Positions 29,571 to 37,935 of a stretch of 64,000 nucleotides of DNA are shown piece after piece. A program made the position numbers and the translations under genes. How positions within the stretch are numbered: position 1 is the stretch's first letter; every line of letters begins with the position of its first letter. This stretch comes from Candidatus Magasanikiibacteriota bacterium (GTDB taxonomy: Bacteria; Patescibacteriota; Patescibacteriia; Magasanikbacterales; UBA922): NCBI GenBank assembly GCA_052033375.1, contig JBPOJQ010000010.1, positions 5,941-69,940 on the forward strand, given 5' to 3'. The notes under the pieces are model-generated. The model saw nothing but the letters and a program-made list of their open reading frames with translations, was not told the origin of the DNA and searched no databases.

Positions 29571-30999
29571 AGAGTGAGGGTGGTGTATAGAAGTCTGGCA
29601 GCCGTACCTTGGGGTCAAGACCGTAGAGAATTTTATAGAAATTAGGCATCATCTGGTCGACTGCTTCACCCAGTGTACATACTCCACTGAATTCTTGCAA
29701 TTCATTGTCAGTATTCTCATTTCCATAGAGTATGAGGTCAATACTTGACGCGTGTGCTGTGTGCTCAGAATTTTTGAGTGTCCCGAATACGAATTCTCCA
29801 CAAAAATAATCTGTTTGTGTGTGTTCAATATTTTGCATTTCATCATTTTTTTGGACTCGGTTCAGTAGTTTTAGGTACGCGTTTTTAAGATAGGTAAGAT
29901 ACTGTATTTGCAAAAAGCCTCCACCGCAGGTGAGTCCATAATAAAAACTGAGTATGATGTATGAGAGTGCCATACTTGGCATGAGTTCTTTTTTTTCAAT
30001 TGCTACTTTGATTTCATGGGGGTTCAGAATAAGTTGGTATGTCCCATCATCTGACTCGAGTTTCCCTTTTGTATATTTGAGTCTTTTTCGTACACCGTTG
30101 TGGATTGCCCAAAATAATATAGTTCCTGCTTGTGTGTGTGAAGAAAACGCCCCTTGAATTCCATCAAAACACTCTTTGAAAATTTGTATTGTTGTATGAT
30201 CAGTCAGTAGGTTGGTGATGGGGGTGTATGTGTCAAGATGATGCATAATGAGGAGTCTATTCACTATGTCTTCTTGCTCTAAGTAGATAAGATTTGTTTT
30301 TTCTTGTCCTGGAATTTTTTTCCACAATAGATAATTTGAGTGTGTGATTTGGTCTGCATAGGACGTAGCATTGAGCATTGCGTCAGATGTGTATATGTCG
30401 GTTATTAGGCGCTTCAATTGTATGGGCAGTTGTTGTTTTTCCAGTCTTGATGTTATCTCATGTATAGTATATGCCGGGAAAGAAAATACAGGATGTGTTC
30501 GATATTTTAGACTTACAAAATTATATCTATTCTTAGTGAGATCTCTGTCGTGGAATAGAATACTCCGCGGTAAGGATGAGTTGTTTAGGGAGACACCGCC
30601 ACATGAAAATACAAAAATATTAGCGAGTTGTTTTTTTTGATTCGCAAAAGATTGAATCAGGTGACTATTTACAAAAAAAGGATGTGTGATTGGACCATGG
30701 TGGTCGGCTGTCGACACATAGTAATGATTTCGTAGTTGTTCAATTGCTGTTTCTGCAATTGTCGCGTCAATATGCTCAATAATCATCCGTTTTACGATTG
30801 AGAGCAATTCTTCTTTTCTGTATGCAGTTGTATCATGTGAAAATGCGAGGTTATTTTCAAAATGTTGTCTAAGTGTGTGTGTCCCTTCGTTTTCAAGAGT
30901 TTTTTTCAAGAGTGGTGTTTTTTCGAGTACTTTTTTTTTGATTTCAGCAAAGTTCATAGTAGTTGTGCAGCTTCCCATATTATGGGTGTGTTTATTCAT
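29563..30999 (-). CDS. Hypothetical cytoplasmic enzyme-like protein
   Basis: 478-aa ORF overlapping both neighbours by 8 nt; motifs STADHHGP and GGGFLQIQY. Confidence 0.8.
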   Translation of the reverse strand: MNKHTHNMGSCTTTMNFAEIKKKVLEKTPLLKKTLENEGTHTLRQHFENNLAFSHDTTAYRKEELLSIVKRMIIEHIDATIAETAIEQLRNHYYVSTADHHGPITHPFFVNSHLIQSFANQKKQLANIFVFSCGGVSLNNSSLPRSILFHDRDLTKNRYNFVSLKYRTHPVFSFPAYTIHEITSRLEKQQLPIQLKRLITDIYTSDAMLNATSYADQITHSNYLLWKKIPGQEKTNLIYLEQEDIVNRLLIMHHLDTYTPITNLLTDHTTIQIFKECFDGIQGAFSSHTQAGTILFWAIHNGVRKRLKYTKGKLESDDGTYQLILNPHEIKVAIEKKELMPSMALSYIILSFYYGLTCGGGFLQIQYLTYLKNAYLKLLNRVQKNDEMQNIEHTQTDYFCGEFVFGTLKNSEHTAHASSIDLILYGNENTDNELQEFSGVCTLGEAVDQMMPNFYKILYGLDPKVRLPDFYTPPSLYV

Positions 31000-32050
31000 C
31001 GTCTGCTAGATTTATCTTTCCGTTATCATATACGTTTGGGATGATTGAACCGCTTACAATTTTTGTGATATCTTGGATTGTCTCAATCATTTTTTCAATA
31101 TTATTGCCACTTGTCATGATGCAGATAATGTATGGACTTTCTGGATCGTACACAATTCCACAATCATGTAGTACGCGTGTTTCTATTGATCCATCAGGAT
31201 TTAGTAATGCTGCCTCTCCAAATTTGTGCGCGATTGTTATTTCTGCGGGTATTACCGCGCGTATACCATATGCAAATGTAGATTCACTCAAATAGCGTAA
31301 TAATTCTTCTGAATACGGTGGCGTGAGGTATGATGCTATGTAGAGACTTCGCAGAATTCCCGCATATAGGCGTACGGTGATATCCCAGTTACTTTTTCCA
31401 TTGTATATGTGTGGTTCAGGTAGTCCAAGGTCACGGAGTACATTGTAGCTATATTCTGCTGGTAGATTTTGGTTTAATGCGTATATCGGATTATTGTCAG
31501 AATTTTTTAATAAATTTTTTATCATTTCTTCGATGGTGTAGCTTTTACCGGGCTGTATGTTACTTTTTACAGCAAAGTATTGTTTTGCATTTTGATCAGG
31601 CTGTTCAGGTGGAATTGCAATTTCTTTTTTTAGTATGTCGGGGTTTGTTTCTGCAAGTTTGTAGTATGCAATTGCAATAGGAAGTTTGAGTAGACTCGCA
31701 GGGTAAAAATTTTTATCAGCATTGATTCCAAACCAACGTCGAGTTTTGAGATCTCGATAGAATACAGATCCCTCTTCGATATCACCTTTTTGTTTTTTTT
31801 GTTCGATGAGCCTGCTTACGTCTATCTCCAGAGCTTTGACTCGTATTATTTTTTCGTTGATTGTTTTACAGTCAATGTGTTGATCAAGTAGTGCATAATC
31901 CTGTCCACAGTTTTCTTCAGTCGTATCTTTTTTGTGGATTATGAAAAAAATACTTACGAGTATGATCGTAGTAGTAAGTATTGCAATAAATATGGGTTTG
32001 TGTCGGTATTTTGGTATGTGACAGCAGGCATGCTCGTGTGTATGTGCCAT
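30992..32050 (-). CDS. Membrane-anchored serine hydrolase, class A beta-lactamase-like fold
   Basis: SxxK (ASLLK), SDN, HKFG, HDCGIVY; start moved to ATG 32050 to avoid the tRNA. Confidence 0.88.
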   Translation of the reverse strand: MAHTHEHACCHIPKYRHKPIFIAILTTTIILVSIFFIIHKKDTTEENCGQDYALLDQHIDCKTINEKIIRVKALEIDVSRLIEQKKQKGDIEEGSVFYRDLKTRRWFGINADKNFYPASLLKLPIAIAYYKLAETNPDILKKEIAIPPEQPDQNAKQYFAVKSNIQPGKSYTIEEMIKNLLKNSDNNPIYALNQNLPAEYSYNVLRDLGLPEPHIYNGKSNWDITVRLYAGILRSLYIASYLTPPYSEELLRYLSESTFAYGIRAVIPAEITIAHKFGEAALLNPDGSIETRVLHDCGIVYDPESPYIICIMTSGNNIEKMIETIQDITKIVSGSIIPNVYDNGKINLADDE

Positions 32051-32148
32051 AGTAATGAGCGTAGATTTTCCTCGATTATGCATTGAAGCATATAACAAAA
32101 TATACTTCTTGAAAAGAGTTTTTTTATTTTTAATGTATATTTTTAGTG

Positions 32149-32235
32149 CGGAGAGGGCGAGATTCGAACTCGCGAGACCCTTTCGGATCCGGCAGTTTAG
32201 TAAACTGCTGTTTTCAACCACTCAACCACCTCTCC
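32149..32235 (-). tRNA. tRNA-Ser with anticodon ACT
   Basis: GGAGAGG/CCTCTCC acceptor, G73, GCAGT-TTACTAA-ACTGC anticodon arm, long variable arm, GCGAG-TTCGAAT-CTCGC T arm. Confidence 0.9.
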
Positions 32236-32321
32236 ATTACTTAGTAGACACACGTCACGTCGTCTTTTCGTTCCTCTGATATGAATTTGTCTCCGTCGAA
32301 CGTCGTTTTGGTGACCATGAA

Positions 32322-32410
<89 letters not shown>

Positions 32411-32515
32411 ATCTGGCCTTGCTTCGCTATGCCAGACAAGGTTTAGAGAAGTAAGAGCCAATAAATTGTAACACAATTGCTTAGCTTACTGGGCAATAGC
32501 ACAGCAAAGCCACAG

Positions 32516-32603
32516 CGGAGAGGGTGGGATTCGAACCCACGGTAGACTAAAAGCCTACAACAGTTTTCAAGACTGCCGCCTTCAACCACTCAGCCACCTC
32601 TCC
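32516..32603 (-). tRNA. tRNA-Ser(TGA)
   Basis: GCAGT-CTTGAAA-ACTGT arm, long variable arm, G73. Confidence 0.95.
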
Positions 32604-32657
32604 ATTGTTTTTTATTATGCGTGTATTCTAGAAATTACATCTTTTTGAACAGGATAT

Positions 32658-32686
32658 AGTATAGCGTAATATTCTGTCTGCGTCAA
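32658..32686 (-). promoter_or_regulatory. Sigma70-type promoter of the tRNA-Ser cluster
   Basis: TTGACG-N17-TATACT on the minus strand. Confidence 0.75.
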
Positions 32687-32740
32687 CCTCTGTTACCCCT
32701 CTTGTTTAATCCCCGTATACTTTGTATACTTCCTTTTAGT

Positions 32741-33202
32741 ATGAAGCGAAACCAACCATCGCCATCATTTGCTATGATTCTCGAACATGTGTCGAATAGT
32801 GAAGTCGAGGCTACTGCTGTTCCGGCTGTTTTTGGTAATGAATCAAAAGAATGGCATGAGGATTTAGAAGATGGAAAATTATCGGTCGATGTGTCGCATG
32901 ATGATACCTATGTATACATTGTCTCGACAGTGGCGGGCGCTTCACCTGATCGGCTTGAGGTGTATATTCATAATGATTTGCTTACTTTGCGAGGGGAGCG
33001 TGTGAATCCTGTTACACAAAAAAAATCAGTAGAATTTTATCATACAGAATGTTTTTGGGGGCATTTTTCTCGAACGATTGTGCTGCCAGTCGAGGTGAAT
33101 GGTGATCTTGCGCGTGCACAGTATAAAAATGGTGTATTAGAGATTACAGTGCCCAAACGAACTAAGGATAGAAAAATTTCGATTGAAATTGTTGAGGAAT
33201 AA
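32741..33202 (+). CDS. Hsp20/alpha-crystallin small heat-shock protein
   Basis: LTLRGER, ECFWGHFSRTIVLP, A.YKNGVLEITVPK. Confidence 0.93.
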   Translation: MKRNQPSPSFAMILEHVSNSEVEATAVPAVFGNESKEWHEDLEDGKLSVDVSHDDTYVYIVSTVAGASPDRLEVYIHNDLLTLRGERVNPVTQKKSVEFYHTECFWGHFSRTIVLPVEVNGDLARAQYKNGVLEITVPKRTKDRKISIEIVEE

Positions 33203-33203
33203 T

Positions 33204-35219
33204 ATGGCTGATATTTCGGTGCCAGGACAACATATGGTTACGCCGCATACGCATTCTCCAAAGAGAAAGATAATCTTTTTTTCGATTCTTATCGCCTTGG
33301 TATGCGGTATCATTGGAATTGGAGTTGCATATGGACAGTCATTTGCTGATCGGGTGTTACCGGGTGTGCGGATCGGTTCGTTCGCTGTTGGTGGAATGAC
33401 TGAGAATGAATTGAGTACCTTTGTTAGTGATATGCATGATAAGCTTCTTGCCAAGGGGATCCAGGTGACTGTTGCCACAGCCACTAGTACACAAAATTTT
33501 GTAATATATCCACAATCAATTGGTGCGGAGTCTGTGGTCGAGTTTATTGAAATTGATTCTCATTCTGTTGCGAAAAAACTAGTTACCCAAGGGAAGACAG
33601 GGAACATGCTTATTGATTCTTTTCGAGCCTTGCATTCGTTGCTTACTACACCATCGGTTCGCATAGATATTAGTGCTTTGTATGAAGATAGATTATTTGC
33701 TGAGATTGATAAAAATATTGCCCCCTTCGTGCGACCTGTGGTGAATGCGGGAGTTATCGTGAGTGACTTATCGCCGCTGAAATATGATATCACTTCATCT
33801 TCACGCGGGACTGCCCTTAATTATACGTATATTGAGGGGGTGGTCAGGGATAGCTGGTCACAATTGGCACAGCCACAGATACAGCTTGAGACTACTGAGA
33901 TTGATCCTCAGATTACTGAGAGTGACGTAGAGCGTGTTATTTCAAATTTATCGGATGCCTTTGATGAAGGCTCTATTGCTATTGAATATTTTAATTCTTC
34001 AACTAAGCGACAGTATGCATGGAAATTGACGCCAGCGATGCTTTCCCGAATGATTGAGGTGGAAAAAAGTTCTGATGCCCGTATTGCTTTTAGACTTTCT
34101 TCGTCATCAACATATGCCTACCTTCGGAATGTAGTAGCGCCGACAGTAGATGTGTTGCCACAGAACGCTAAATTTACCATCAATGATGATAAAAAAGTGA
34201 CTGAATTTAAAGGTTCACATCCTGGAGTAACAGTAGACATTGAACGTACTGATCAACTCATCCAGGAGGTGTTTCGCGGTAGATTTGACACAGTAACTTC
34301 GACACAAAATGTGTCATTGGTTACGAAAGAAGTACAACCTGATATTAAGACAGGTGAAGTAAATGATTTGGGTATTACGGAGGTTCTTGGTGTTGGTAGA
34401 TCAGTGTTTAAGGGAAGTCCGGGAAATCGATACAAAAATATCCGTCATGCCGCTTTTGATAAATTGGATGGACTCATTATCAAACCGGGAGAAGAATTTT
34501 CTTTGCTTGACGCGTTGAAGCCATTTACCTTGGAGGGGGGATATTTACCCGAGCTTGCAATTAAGGGTGACCGATTAGTCCCCGAGATTGGTGGGGGGTT
34601 GTGTCAGATCGGTACAACAATGTTTCGAGCTGCAATGAATGCAGGACTTCAGATTACTGAGAGAAGAAATCATTCATTGATGATTTCATATTACAATGAT
34701 TTGACTAATGGAAATCCGGGAACTGATGCGACTATCTATGACCCAGGGACTGATTTTAAATTCGTTAATGATACTGGACATCACATCCTTATTACCTCTG
34801 AGATGAATAATACTACTGGTGATCTTTATTTTACGTTCTGGGGAACGAGTGATGGGCGCAAGGGATATTTCATACCCCCTACATTGGTACGTAGAATTCC
34901 TGTCGGACCTACTAAAATAATCGAGACGACTGAATTACCTCCTGGAAAAAAAGAATGTCAGCATGCGTATCCTGGTGCGGAAGCATATTTCACGTATGTG
35001 CGTGAAATGCCTAATGGTGAGAAGAAAGAGGTGGTGTATTCCAGTTATTATCGACCATTACCTGAAACCTGTTTAGTGGGCATTAACCCTGAGACTGAAT
35101 CAACAGAGGAAGTGGCACCTCCTTCTACGGTCGAGGGGGATGGGGCGGCACCGAGCGGTGAGCCTGTGTCCTCAGGTCAGGTGGAACTGAATGACCCTAT
35201 CGTGTCTATTGAATCATAG
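33204..35219 (+). CDS. VanW family protein with N-terminal TM and peptidoglycan-binding-like repeats
   Basis: GGGLCQIGTT, ERRNHS, GTDATIY, DFKFVNDT. Confidence 0.9.
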   Translation: MADISVPGQHMVTPHTHSPKRKIIFFSILIALVCGIIGIGVAYGQSFADRVLPGVRIGSFAVGGMTENELSTFVSDMHDKLLAKGIQVTVATATSTQNFVIYPQSIGAESVVEFIEIDSHSVAKKLVTQGKTGNMLIDSFRALHSLLTTPSVRIDISALYEDRLFAEIDKNIAPFVRPVVNAGVIVSDLSPLKYDITSSSRGTALNYTYIEGVVRDSWSQLAQPQIQLETTEIDPQITESDVERVISNLSDAFDEGSIAIEYFNSSTKRQYAWKLTPAMLSRMIEVEKSSDARIAFRLSSSSTYAYLRNVVAPTVDVLPQNAKFTINDDKKVTEFKGSHPGVTVDIERTDQLIQEVFRGRFDTVTSTQNVSLVTKEVQPDIKTGEVNDLGITEVLGVGRSVFKGSPGNRYKNIRHAAFDKLDGLIIKPGEEFSLLDALKPFTLEGGYLPELAIKGDRLVPEIGGGLCQIGTTMFRAAMNAGLQITERRNHSLMISYYNDLTNGNPGTDATIYDPGTDFKFVNDTGHHILITSEMNNTTGDLYFTFWGTSDGRKGYFIPPTLVRRIPVGPTKIIETTELPPGKKECQHAYPGAEAYFTYVREMPNGEKKEVVYSSYYRPLPETCLVGINPETESTEEVAPPSTVEGDGAAPSGEPVSSGQVELNDPIVSIES

Positions 35220-35232
35220 AGTGTGGGGATAT

Positions 35233-35261
35233 AAAAATTGGCTTAAATAAGCCAATTTTTT
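35233..35261. terminator. Terminator-like hairpin after the VanW gene
   Basis: AAAAATTGGCTT-aaat-AAGCCAATTTTT. Confidence 0.7.
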
Positions 35262-35281
35262 GTATTTATACCCACAACCTC

Positions 35282-35310
35282 TTGACAAAAAAACCAATAT
35301 ATGGTATTAT
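35282..35310 (+). promoter_or_regulatory. Strong sigma70-type promoter with no convincing downstream CDS
   Basis: TTGACA-N17-TATTAT with TG extension. Confidence 0.75.
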
Positions 35311-35315
35311 ATGAC

Positions 35316-35528
35316 GTCACGTAAATGTATGACAGTGTCCCCACTAGATTGTCTACAGGTAGTAGCAGTTGGCCTAGGGCCAAATATTACTACCTGTACC
35401 ACGACAAGCATGGGGATGTGTCGAAGGAAAGTTCAGGCTTCGGCTCGTCTTCTCCTTTAACACATCTTCTTGGTACGGGTAAGGTTTCAACCCTTAACTT
35501 TAAAAAATCCCCCTTCGGGGGGATTTTT
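35316..35528 (+). ncRNA. Putative structured non-coding RNA, family not recognised
   Basis: Own promoter and terminator; long interrupted hairpin ~35331-35422 plus a cUUCGg hairpin. Confidence 0.6.
35503..35528. terminator. Bidirectional intrinsic terminator
   Basis: AAAAATCCCCC-TTCG-GGGGGATTTTT between convergent units. Confidence 0.85.
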
Positions 35529-35982
35529 ATTTTTCTATTGTTTCTGTTTCATCGTTTGGAATTGAGTATAATGCTTTTTTAAGCACCATATACCGTGCTT
35601 CAGGAGCCGTGATATTGCATCCTCGTTTGTGCGCTTCGTTTATTAATTCTTGCGCGGTTTCTAGCCAGTCATCGGGTGTATACCCATTTGATTGTGTTAC
35701 CAACTTGTTTGTCTTACCTCCATCAAGATACTTTGATAGCTCGGTTACTATGTGCATGATTGTGTGAGGAAGTAACTCGTGCAGTGTTTGCTCAAATTTT
35801 GTTTTTTCGTTTACTGTATTTATTCCATTTTTTTCTCCATATTTTATCGCCTGTTCAATTCGTTGTAATGTATTTTTGAATAACGGTACATTGAGCACTA
35901 TCGCTGACATGAATTTAATATTTTCTGTAATGTCATTTTGGAGTTCTTCTGTTAAAAATTCATTATTTCTATACTCACTCAT
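35527..35982 (-). CDS. Hypothetical helical protein downstream of clpP
   Basis: 151-aa ORF co-oriented with clpP and ending at the terminator. Confidence 0.7.
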   Translation of the reverse strand: MSEYRNNEFLTEELQNDITENIKFMSAIVLNVPLFKNTLQRIEQAIKYGEKNGINTVNEKTKFEQTLHELLPHTIMHIVTELSKYLDGGKTNKLVTQSNGYTPDDWLETAQELINEAHKRGCNITAPEARYMVLKKALYSIPNDETETIEK

Positions 35983-36006
35983 AACGTTTTAAGTATTTTT
36001 GTTTTT

Positions 36007-36621
36007 TTATTCTATCACTTTATCAACTAATCCATATGTCACTGCCTCTGCGGCACTCATGAAGTAATCTCGATCAGCATCCTTTTCTACTTTTTCAAGT
36101 GATTGGCCTGAATGCTTTGCAAGAATTTCATTCAGGTGTTTTTTCATTTTTACAATGCGTTCCGCATGAATCTGGATGTCACTTGCTTGCCCCTGTGTTC
36201 CACCCATTACCTGATGAATCATGACTTCGCTATTTGGAAGGCAGAATCGTTTGCCTGCTGCTCCTGCGGCAAGAAGTACTGATCCCATCGATGCCGCCAT
36301 TCCAATACAGATAGTAGAGACATCTGGGGTAATAAATTGCATAGTGTCGTAGATTGCAAGTCCGGCTGTCACTGATCCTCCTGGCGAATTGATATATAGT
36401 TTGATATCTCGTTCTGGATCTTGATTCGCAAGGAAGAGAAGCTGAGCGACTACAATGTTTGCAACATGGTCATCGATTGCAGTACCTAGAAAAATAATCC
36501 GATCTTTGAGTAAGCGTGAGTAGATGTCGTAGGCACGTTCGCCATAGGTAGTTTTTTCAATAACGGTTGGAATGAGGATTTGAGAAGTGACTGGATCAAA
36601 TTCGGAATGTATGTTTTTCAT
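36007..36621 (-). CDS. clpP: ATP-dependent Clp protease proteolytic subunit
   Basis: [34 protein letters not shown]. Confidence 0.98.
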   Translation of the reverse strand: MKNIHSEFDPVTSQILIPTVIEKTTYGERAYDIYSRLLKDRIIFLGTAIDDHVANIVVAQLLFLANQDPERDIKLYINSPGGSVTAGLAIYDTMQFITPDVSTICIGMAASMGSVLLAAGAAGKRFCLPNSEVMIHQVMGGTQGQASDIQIHAERIVKMKKHLNEILAKHSGQSLEKVEKDADRDYFMSAAEAVTYGLVDKVIE

Positions 36622-36740
36622 ACTAATAATTAGGTATAGTCGTGGATTATATACTCATGTACGAATTGTAAAACCAAGAATTGGAATTCATGTATTATAT
36701 ATCCTCGAGGTTTATTCGTACTGTGCGTATACTTTTTACA

Positions 36741-37724
36741 TTATACGCTTTTTAGGCATTTATTCAAGGTAGGGAGAATTTTTTCGTATACAGAGTTGAT
36801 GGGTGATTCAATCGTAAATCCAGCAGCTTTTTTGTGCCCGCCTCCTCCAAATGATTTTGCAATTTGTGATACGTCTACATCGTCCCTAGTAGTGCGCATA
36901 CTTACTTTTACTACATTGTCAGGTTTTTCACGGAATACTATATGAATTTTACCATCCTTGAGTGTATTCATGAAATTTGCGATTCCATCAGCGCTCTCTT
37001 CATCGACACCACACGATAACATGTCTTCTATTGAAACAGATAAAGAAACAATATCCAATTCATGATCATAGTGTAGGTTACTTAGGGCCTTACCCCAGAG
37101 CCGTAATGTGTGCACGTGTTTATTGTTATACAGACACTCGATTACTTCTTTCATGGACCCCCCTTGTTTTACAAGTGAACCTGCAATACCCAGGCTTCTT
37201 TTTGATGTTGCTGAATTGGTGAACGAACCGGTGTCATATATAATTCCGCAGAGCAGTGCTGTCGCCATGTCTGGAGTTATATCTATGCGGTTGTGGGTAA
37301 AATAGTCGTAGAGAAGTTCGCAGGTAGACGAGTGTGTGAGAGATACTAGATTTATGTCACCAAAATGTGTATTGGTAGCATGGTGATCAATTACAACGAT
37401 TGTTGCTGTATTGTTTTTTTTGAGATATTGACTTACTCCTGCATATTCTGGATCTCCAGAATCGCATACGATGATTGTATCATATTGAGTATCCCATATA
37501 CGCGGATCAGTTGTTACCTCGTCCATTAATGCAAGACCGCGTAGTTGTTCTGGTACTGGAGTAACGCAAAAGATGTCTACTTTTTTTTGGTAGTTTTTTA
37601 TGTACGTACCTAGAGCTGATACTGCGCCGCATGCGTCCCCGTCTGGGTTTTTATGTGGAATAAGTAGTATCTGATTACTCTGCATTATCTGGTCATGTAT
37701 TTGTTTTGCTTTTCGGTGTGGCAT
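36741..37724 (-). CDS. nrnA: DHH/DHHA1 phosphoesterase (NrnA-like nanoRNase/pAp phosphatase)
   Basis: H.NPDGDA, IDHH, DTGSF, GGGGHKKAAG. Confidence 0.9.
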   Translation of the reverse strand: MPHRKAKQIHDQIMQSNQILLIPHKNPDGDACGAVSALGTYIKNYQKKVDIFCVTPVPEQLRGLALMDEVTTDPRIWDTQYDTIIVCDSGDPEYAGVSQYLKKNNTATIVVIDHHATNTHFGDINLVSLTHSSTCELLYDYFTHNRIDITPDMATALLCGIIYDTGSFTNSATSKRSLGIAGSLVKQGGSMKEVIECLYNNKHVHTLRLWGKALSNLHYDHELDIVSLSVSIEDMLSCGVDEESADGIANFMNTLKDGKIHIVFREKPDNVVKVSMRTTRDDVDVSQIAKSFGGGGHKKAAGFTIESPINSVYEKILPTLNKCLKSV

Positions 37725-37743
37725 ATCGTTATACGAACATGGG

Positions 37744-37772
37744 AGTATAGATGGATTGTAGAGTATTGTCAA
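37744..37772 (-). promoter_or_regulatory. Sigma70-type promoter for the DHH gene
   Basis: TTGACA-N17-TATACT on the minus strand. Confidence 0.75.
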
Positions 37773-37935
37773 GGGGGGTAGAGGAGTGTCAACACTCATG
37801 TAAAAAGCCACAATAGGGTAGAGCTTTTCTTTATTTTTGGAATATGAGAAAATATATGTCGGCTGTTCAGTCAGTAGTCGAAAATGGTTTTCCTTACTTT
37901 CGATTTTATTGACTGTACGACTTTTGATAGTTTAT

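Noticed and set aside
30992-32050. Genuine class A beta-lactamase resistance gene
   Set aside because: There is no recognisable E166 omega-loop motif, KTG is KFG and the protein is membrane anchored. Only the fold is supported.
32051-32221. N-terminal extension of the 409-aa serine hydrolase ORF
   Set aside because: It overlaps the tRNA-Ser(ACT) gene, so the real start is more plausibly ATG 32050.
33204-35219. Vancomycin resistance locus
   Set aside because: This is a lone VanW-domain gene with no vanHAX or vanRS nearby.
35260-35582. 66-aa and 85-aa ORFs over the ncRNA candidate
   Set aside because: They have no protein-like features. One begins upstream of the promoter and the other runs through the terminator into the convergent gene.
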